Shown: one piece after another, positions 57,401 through 64,000 of the stretch
How positions within the stretch are numbered: the first letter of the stretch is position 1
Layout: each line of letters begins with the position of its first letter
Origin: the human T2T-CHM13v2.0 reference genome, Homo sapiens
Length of the DNA stretch: 64,000 nt
Direction: 5' to 3' (one strand)
NCBI RefSeq assembly: GCF_009914755.1
Contig: NC_060939.1
Notes under the pieces: model-generated
Told to the model about the DNA's origin: nothing
The model's input: the letters and a program-made list of their open reading frames with translations, nothing else
Databases searched by the model: none
Position numbers and translations under genes: made by a program

Positions 57401-60400
57401 TTCGAGACCATTGCTTTTGAGTCCATTCTATATGATTCCATTCCATTCAAGTCCATTACATTTGGTTCAATTCCATTCCATTCCATTCCCTTCCATTCCA
57501 TTCCATTTGATATCAATCCATTCGATTCCATTCCATTCGAGCACATTCCATTCGAGTCCATTCCATTCGATGCCATTCCATTTGATTCTATTCCATTAGT
57601 CTCCATTCAATTCCATTAATCTCCTTTCCATTCCATTCTACTCCAACTGATTCCATTCCATTCTATTCCTTTCCATTCCATTTCATTCCATTCCATTCCA
57701 TTTCATTCCATTCCATTCCATTCGTGTCCATTCCACTCCAGTCCATTCCATTCGTGTCCATTCCATTCCAGTCCATTCCATTTGTGTCCACTGCATTCCA
57801 TTCCACTCCATTCCATATTATTCCATTACACTCCATTCCATTCTATTACTTTCATTTCCATTCAATTCCATTCCATTTGATTCCATTCCACTCGGTTTCA
57901 TTCCATTTGAGTCCACTCCATTCCATTCCATTCCATTCCATTCAGTTCCATTCCATTCTGTTCCATTCCATTCCGTTCCATTACATTCCATTCCATTCGG
58001 TACCATTCCATATTGTTCCATTCGATTCCATTCGAATCCATTCCATTCCAGTCCATTCCATTCGATTCCATTCCATTCATTTCAATTCCATTCCATTCCA
58101 TTCCATTCCATTCCACTTGATTCCTCTCCATTCCCTTCCACTGCATTCCGTTCGATTCCATTCCATTGCATTGCATTCCATTCCATTGGATTGCATTCCA
58201 TTCGATTCCATTCCATTCGAATCAATTACATAGCAATCCATTACATTCGAGTCTATTCTCTTCCGTTCCATTCGATTTCGTTCCAATCCATTCGATTCCA
58301 TTCCATTCGATTCCATTCCATACTATTGCATTCCATTCGATTACATTATATTCGAATAAGTTCCATTCAAGACCATTTCTTTTGAGTCCATTCTATTTGA
58401 GTCCATTCCCTTTGATTTCATAACATTTGAGTCCATTCAATTCCATTCCTTTCGTTTCCATTCCATTTGATGCCATTCCATTCAATTCTGTTCTACTCGA
58501 CTCCAATACATTCAATTCCATTCCATCCGATTCCATTACATTCTTTTCATTTCTTATCCATTTCAAGCCATTCCACTCCATTCCATTCCACTCGTTTCCT
58601 TTCCATTCGAGTCCATTCCTCTCCAGTCCATTCCGTTCAATCCATTCCATTCCAGTCCATTCCATTCGAGTCCGTTCCATTCCAGTCCATTCCATTCGAG
58701 TCAATTCCATTCCATTCGATGTCTTTCCATAACGATCCATTCCATTCTATTCCTTTCGATTCCATTCCATTCTATTTCATTCCATTCGATTCCCTTCCAT
58801 TGGACTCCTTTCCATTCGAGTGCATTCCATTCCGTTCCATTTCTTTCCGTTCTGTACGATTCCTACCGTTCGATTTCATTTTGTTCCAGTCCATTCCTTT
58901 CGCGTCCATTCCATTCCATTTCACTCCATTCGATTCCATTCCACTCGATTCCACTTCGTTCCATTTCATTGCATTCCATTCTATTCAACTCTATTGCCTT
59001 CCATTCCATTCCATTCGATTACATTCCATGCGATTCCATTCGAAATCGAATCAATTACATTGCAATCCATTACTATTGAGTCCGTTTTATTCCAGTCCAC
59101 TGCATTCTGGTCCATTCCATTTGATTCCATTCCATTCTATTCCATTCCATACAGTTGCATTCCATTGGATTCCATGCTATATCTATAAATTCAATTCGAG
59201 ACCATTGCTTTTGAGTCCATTCTATATGATTCCATTCCATTCAAGTCCATTACATTTGGTTCAATTCCATTCCATTCCATTCCCTTCCATTCCATTCCAT
59301 TTGATATCAATCCATTCGATTCCATTCCATTCGAGCACATTCCATTCCACTCCATTCCATTCGATGCCATTCCATTTGATTCTATTCCATTAGTCTCCAT
59401 TCAATTCCATTAATCTCCATTCCATTCCATTCTACTCCAACTGATTCCATTCCATTCTATTCCTTTCCATTCCATTTCATTCCATTCCATTCCATTTCAT
59501 TCCATTCCATTCCATTCGTGTCCATTCCACTCCAGTCCATTCCATTCGTGTCCATTCCATTCCAGTCCATTCCATTTGTGTCCACTGCATTCCATTCCAC
59601 TCCATTCCATATTATTCCATTACACTCCATTCCATTCTATTACTTTCATTTCCATTCAATTCCATTCCATTTGATTCCATTCCACTCGGTTTCATTCCAT
59701 TTGAGTCCACTCCATTCCATTCCATTCCATTCCATTCAGTTCCATTCCATTCTGTTCCATTCCATTCCGTTCCATTACATTCCATTCCATTCGGTACCAT
59801 TCCATATTGTTCCATTCGATTCCATTCGAATCCATTCCATTCCAGTCCATTCCATTCGATTCCATTCCATTCATTTCAATTCCATTCCATTCCATTCCAT
59901 TACATTCCACTTGATTCCTCTCCATTCCCTTCCACTGCATTCCGTTCGATTCCATTCCATTGCATTGCATTCCATTCCATTGGATTGCATTCCATTCGAT
60001 TCCATTCCATTCGAATCAATTACATAGCAATCCATTACATTCGAGTCTATTCTCTTCCGTTCCATTCGATTTCGTTCCAATCCATTCGATTCCATTCCAT
60101 TCGATTCCATTCCATACTATTGCATTCCATTCGGTTACATTATATTCGAATAAGTTCCATTCAAGACCATTTCTTTTGAGTCCATTCTATTTGAGTCCAT
60201 TCCCTTTGATTCCATAACATTTGAGTCCATTCAATTCCATTCCTTTCGTTTCCATTCCATTTGATGCCATTCCATTCAATTCTGTTCTACTCGACTCCAA
60301 TACATTCAATTCCATTCCATCCGATTCCATTACATTCTTTTCATTTCTTATCCATTTCAAGCCATTCCACTCCATTCCATTCCACTCGTTTCCTTTCCAT

Positions 60401-63400
60401 TCGAGTCCATTCCTCTCCAGTCCATTCCGTTCAATCCATTCCATTCCAGTCCATTCCATTCGAGTCCGTTCCATTCCAGTCCATTCCATTCGAGTCAATT
60501 CCATTCCATTCGATGTCTTTCCATAACGATCCATTCCATTCTATTCCTTTCGATTCCATTCCATTCTATTTCATTCCATTCGATTCCCTTCCATTGGACT
60601 CCTTTCCATTCGAGTGCATTCCATTCCGTTCCTTTTCTTTCCGTTCTGTACGATTCCTACCGTTCGATTTCATTTTGTTCCAGTCCATTCCTTTCGCGTC
60701 CATTCCATTCCATTTCACTCCATTCGATTCCATTCCACTCGATTCCACTTCGTTCCATTTCATTGCATTCCATTCTATTCAACTCTATTGCCTTCCATTC
60801 CATTCCATTCGATTACATTCCATGCGATTCCATTCGAAATCGAATCAATTACATTGCAATCCATTACTATTGAGTCCGTTTTATTCCAGTCCACTGCATT
60901 CTGGTCCATTCCATTTGATTCCATTCCATTCTATTCCATTCCATACAGTTGCATTCCATTGGATTCCATGCTATATCTATAAATTCAATTGGAGACCATT
61001 GCTTTTGAGTCCATTCTATATGATTCCATTCCATTCAAGTCCATTACATTTGGTTCAATTCCATTCCATTCCATTCCCCTCCATTCCATTCCATTTGATA
61101 TCAATCCATTCGATTCCATTCCATTCGAGCACATTCCATTCGAGTCCATTCCATTCGATGCCATTCCATTTTATTCTATTCCATTAGTCTCCATTCAATT
61201 CCATTAATCTCCTTTCCTTTCCATTCTATTCCAACTGATTCCATTCCATTCTATTCCTTTCCATTCCATTTCATTCCATTCCATTCCATTTCATTCCATT
61301 CCATTCCATTCGTGTCCATTCCACTCCAGTCCATTCCATTCGTGTCCATTCCATTCCAGTCCATTCCATTTGTGTCCACTGCATTCCATTCCACTCCATT
61401 CCATATTATTCCATTACACTCCATTCCATTCTATTACTTTCATTTCCATTCAATTCCATTCCATTTGATTCCATTCCACTCGGTTTCATTCCATTTGAGT
61501 CCACTCCATTCCATTCCATTCCATTCCATTCAGTTTCATTCCATTCTGTTCCATTCCATTCCGTTCCATTACATTCCATTCCATTCGGTACCATTCCATA
61601 TTGTTCCATTCGATTCCATTCGAATCCATTCCATTCCAGTCCATTCCATTCGATTCCATTCCATTCATTTCAATTCCATTCCATTCCATTCCATTACATT
61701 CCACTTGATTCCTCTCCATTCCCTTCCACTGCATTCCGTTCGATTCCATTCCATTGCATTGCATTCCATTCCATTGGATTGCATTCCATTCGATTCCATT
61801 CCATTCGAATCAATTACATAGCAATCCATTACATTCGAGTCTATTCTCTTCCGTTCCATTCGTTTTCGTTCCAATCCATTCGATTCCATTCCATTCGATT
61901 CCATTCCATACTATTGCATTCCATTCGATTACATTATATTCGAATAAGTTCCATTCAAGACCATTTCTTTTGAGTCCATTCTATTTGAGTCCATTCCCTT
62001 TGATTCCATAACATTTGAGTCCATTCAATTCCATTCCTTTCGTTTCCATTCCATTTGATGCCATTCCATTCAATTCTGTTCTACTCGACTCCAATACATT
62101 CAATTCCATTCCATCCGATTCCATTACATTCTTTTCATTTCTTATCCATTTCAAGCCATTCCACTCCATTCCATTCCACTCGTTTCCTTTCCATTCGAGT
62201 CCATTCCTCTCCAGTCCATTCCGTTCAATCCATTCCATTCCAGTCCATTCCATTCGAGTCCGTTCCATTCCAGTCCATTCCATTCGAGTCAATTCCATTC
62301 CATTCGATGTCTTTCCATAACGAACCATTCCATTCTATTCCTTTCGATTCCATTCCATTCTATTTCATTCCATTCGATTCCCTTCCATTGGACTCCTTTC
62401 CATTCGAGTGCATTCCATTCCTTTCCATTTCTTTCCGTTCTGTACGATTCCTACCGTTCGATTTCATTTTGTTCCAGTCCATTCCTTTCGCGTCCATTCC
62501 ATTCCATTTCACTCCATTCGATTCCATTCCACTCGATTCCACTTCGTTCCATTTCATTGCATTCCATTCTATTCAACTCTATTGCCTTCCATTCCATTCC
62601 ATTCGATTACATTCCATGCGATTCCATTCGAAATCGAATCAATTACATTGCAATCCATTACTATTGAGTCCGTTTTATTCCAGTCCACTGCATTCTGGTC
62701 CATTCCATTTGATTCCATTCCATTCTATTCCATTCCATACAGTTGCATTCCATTGGATTCCATGCTATATCTATAAATTCAATTCGAGACCATTGCTTTT
62801 GAGTCCATTCTATATGATTCCATTCCATTCAAGTCCATTACATTTGGTTCAATTCCATTCCATTCCATTCCCTTCCATTCCATTCCATTTGATATCAATC
62901 CATTCGATTCCATTCCATTCGAGCACATTCCATTCCACTCCATTCCATTCGATGCCATTCCATTTGATTCTATTCCATTAGTCTCCATTCAATTCCATTA
63001 ATCTCCATTCCATTCCATTCTACTCCAACTGATTCCATTCCATTCTATTCCTTTCCATTCCATTTCATTCCATTCCATTCCATTTCATTCCATTCCATTC
63101 CATTCGTGTCCATTCCACTCCAGTCCATTCCATTCGTGTCCATTCCATTCCAGTCCATTCCATTTTTGTCCACTGCATTCCATTCCACTCCATTCCATAT
63201 TATTCCATTACACTCCATTCCATTCTATTACTTTCATTTCCATTCAATTCCATTCCATTTGATTCCATTCCACTCGGTTTCATTCCATTTGAGTCCACTC
63301 CATTCCATTCCATTCCATTCAGTTCCATTCCATTCTGTTCCATTCCATTCCGTTCCATTACATTCCATTCCATTCGGTACCATTCCATATTGTTCCATTC

Positions 63401-64000
63401 GATTCCATTCGAATCCATTCCATTCCAGTCCATTCCATTCGATTCCATTCCATTCATTTCAATTCCATTCCATTCCATTCCATTCCATTCCACTTGATTC
63501 CTCTCCATTCCCTTCCACTGCATTCCGTTCGATTCCATTCCATTGCATTGCATTCCATTCCATTGGATTGCATTCCATTCGATTCCATTCCATTCGAATC
63601 AATTACATAGCAATCAATTACATTCGAGTCTATTCTCTTCCGTTCCATTCGATTTCGTTCCAATCCATTCGATTCCATTCCATTCGATTCCATTCCATAC
63701 TATTGCATTCCATTTGATTACATTATATTCGAATAAGTTCCATTCAAGACCATTTCTTTTGAGTCCATTCTATTTGAGTCCATTCCCTTTGATTCCATAA
63801 CATTTGAGTCCATTCAATTCCATTCCTTTCGTTTCCATTCCATTTGATGCCATTCCATTCAATTCTGTTCTACTCGACTCCAATACATTCAATTCCATTC
63901 CATCCGATTCCATTACATTCTTTTCATTTCTTATCCATTTCAAGCCATTCCACTCCATTCCATTCCACTCGTTTCCTTTCCATTCGAGTCCATTCCTCTC
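48433..64000 (+). repeat. Mosaic sub-domain of 1809/1794 bp monomers that does not follow the 12-mer order
   Basis: U28, U29, U31 and U32 carry a 15 bp insertion plus the variant ACATTGAAATTCATTACTATTTAG. That variant was not seen upstream of 48.4 kb. Confidence 0.8.

Larger units (their letters stand above)
1..64000 (+). repeat. Human Satellite III (HSat3) array, (CATTC)n-derived, C/T-rich strand on +, running off both window edges
   Basis: Directly visible: CATTC pentamers with recurrent variants (CGATT, CGAGT, CAGTC, CTATT) throughout, with no unique-sequence interruption and no strand switch. Long perfect CATTCCATTC runs favour HSat3 over HSat2, which is rich in CATTCGATTC and GATGAT. 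Confidence 0.98.
354..64000 (+). repeat. D15Z1: Tandem ~1.8 kb monomer (modal 1794 bp), consistent with D15Z1 / HSat3A5 of human chromosome 15p
   Basis: The same anchor (first GTGTCCATTCCAC, the start of the 'MSIP..' pseudo-ORF) recurs 36 times. Anchor positions, called U1-U36: 354, 2128, 3922, 5716, 7510, 9304, 11098, 12872, 14666, 16475, 18263, 20037, 21831, 23640, 25423, 27202, 29011, 30785, 32579, 34373, 36167, 37961, 39755, 41529, 43323, 45132, 46915, 48689, 50503, 52312, 54106, 55915, 57724, 59518, 61312, 63106. The periodicity is seen directly. The D15Z1 assignment rests on established knowledge that D15Z1 is a 1.8 kb KpnI Sat III repeat; it was not confirmed by a database search. Confidence 0.85.

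Noticed and set aside
1-64000. CRISPR-like or other repeat-spacer system
   Set aside because: There are no unique spacers or cas-like genes; the inter-landmark sequence is itself near-identical tandem satellite.
1-64000. Alternative identities: DYZ1 (Yq12), chr9 HSat3B5, HSat2, alpha satellite
   Set aside because: The period is 1.79 kb with near-identical adjacent units, not 3.56 kb. The array is too structured and diverged for near-pure pentamer HSat3B, lacks the GATGAT-type HSat2 signature, and has no 171 bp periodicity or CENP-B box.
1-64000. Embedded Alu/L1 insertion or inversion
   Set aside because: All anchor spacings fall between 1774 and 1814 bp, leaving no room for an insertion, and no GGAAT-oriented block appears on the + strand.

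Overview
The whole 64 kb window is one uninterrupted, single-orientation array of human-type Satellite III (HSat3), built from diverged CATTC (GGAAT on the - strand) pentamers. It is organised as about 35.7 tandem copies of a ~1.79 kb monomer (modal length 1794 bp; variants 1774, 1779, 1783, 1788, 1809 and 1814 bp). Each monomer carries a KpnI site (GGTACC), which matches the classical 1.8 kb KpnI repeat D15Z1 (HSat3A5) on the short arm of human chromosome 15. I find no credible genes, RNA genes, transposons or CRISPR arrays; the supplied ORFs are pentamer-repeat artefacts. The informative signal is the layered repeat structure. (i) The monomer looks like an ancient ~829 + ~965 bp dimer. (ii) A recent, near-identical 12-monomer (~21.5 kb) higher-order duplication is present. 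(iii) Its first copy contains a 4-monomer (7,165 bp) tandem duplication whose crossover maps to an ~83 bp interval. (iv) One monomer type is strongly divergent. (v) A dense cluster of private substitutions marks the end of the duplication. (vi) A mosaic domain after ~48.4 kb has a different monomer subtype. I see no evidence for a novel protein-coding or enzymatic system. All comparisons were made by eye using the ORF-track coordinates as anchors.
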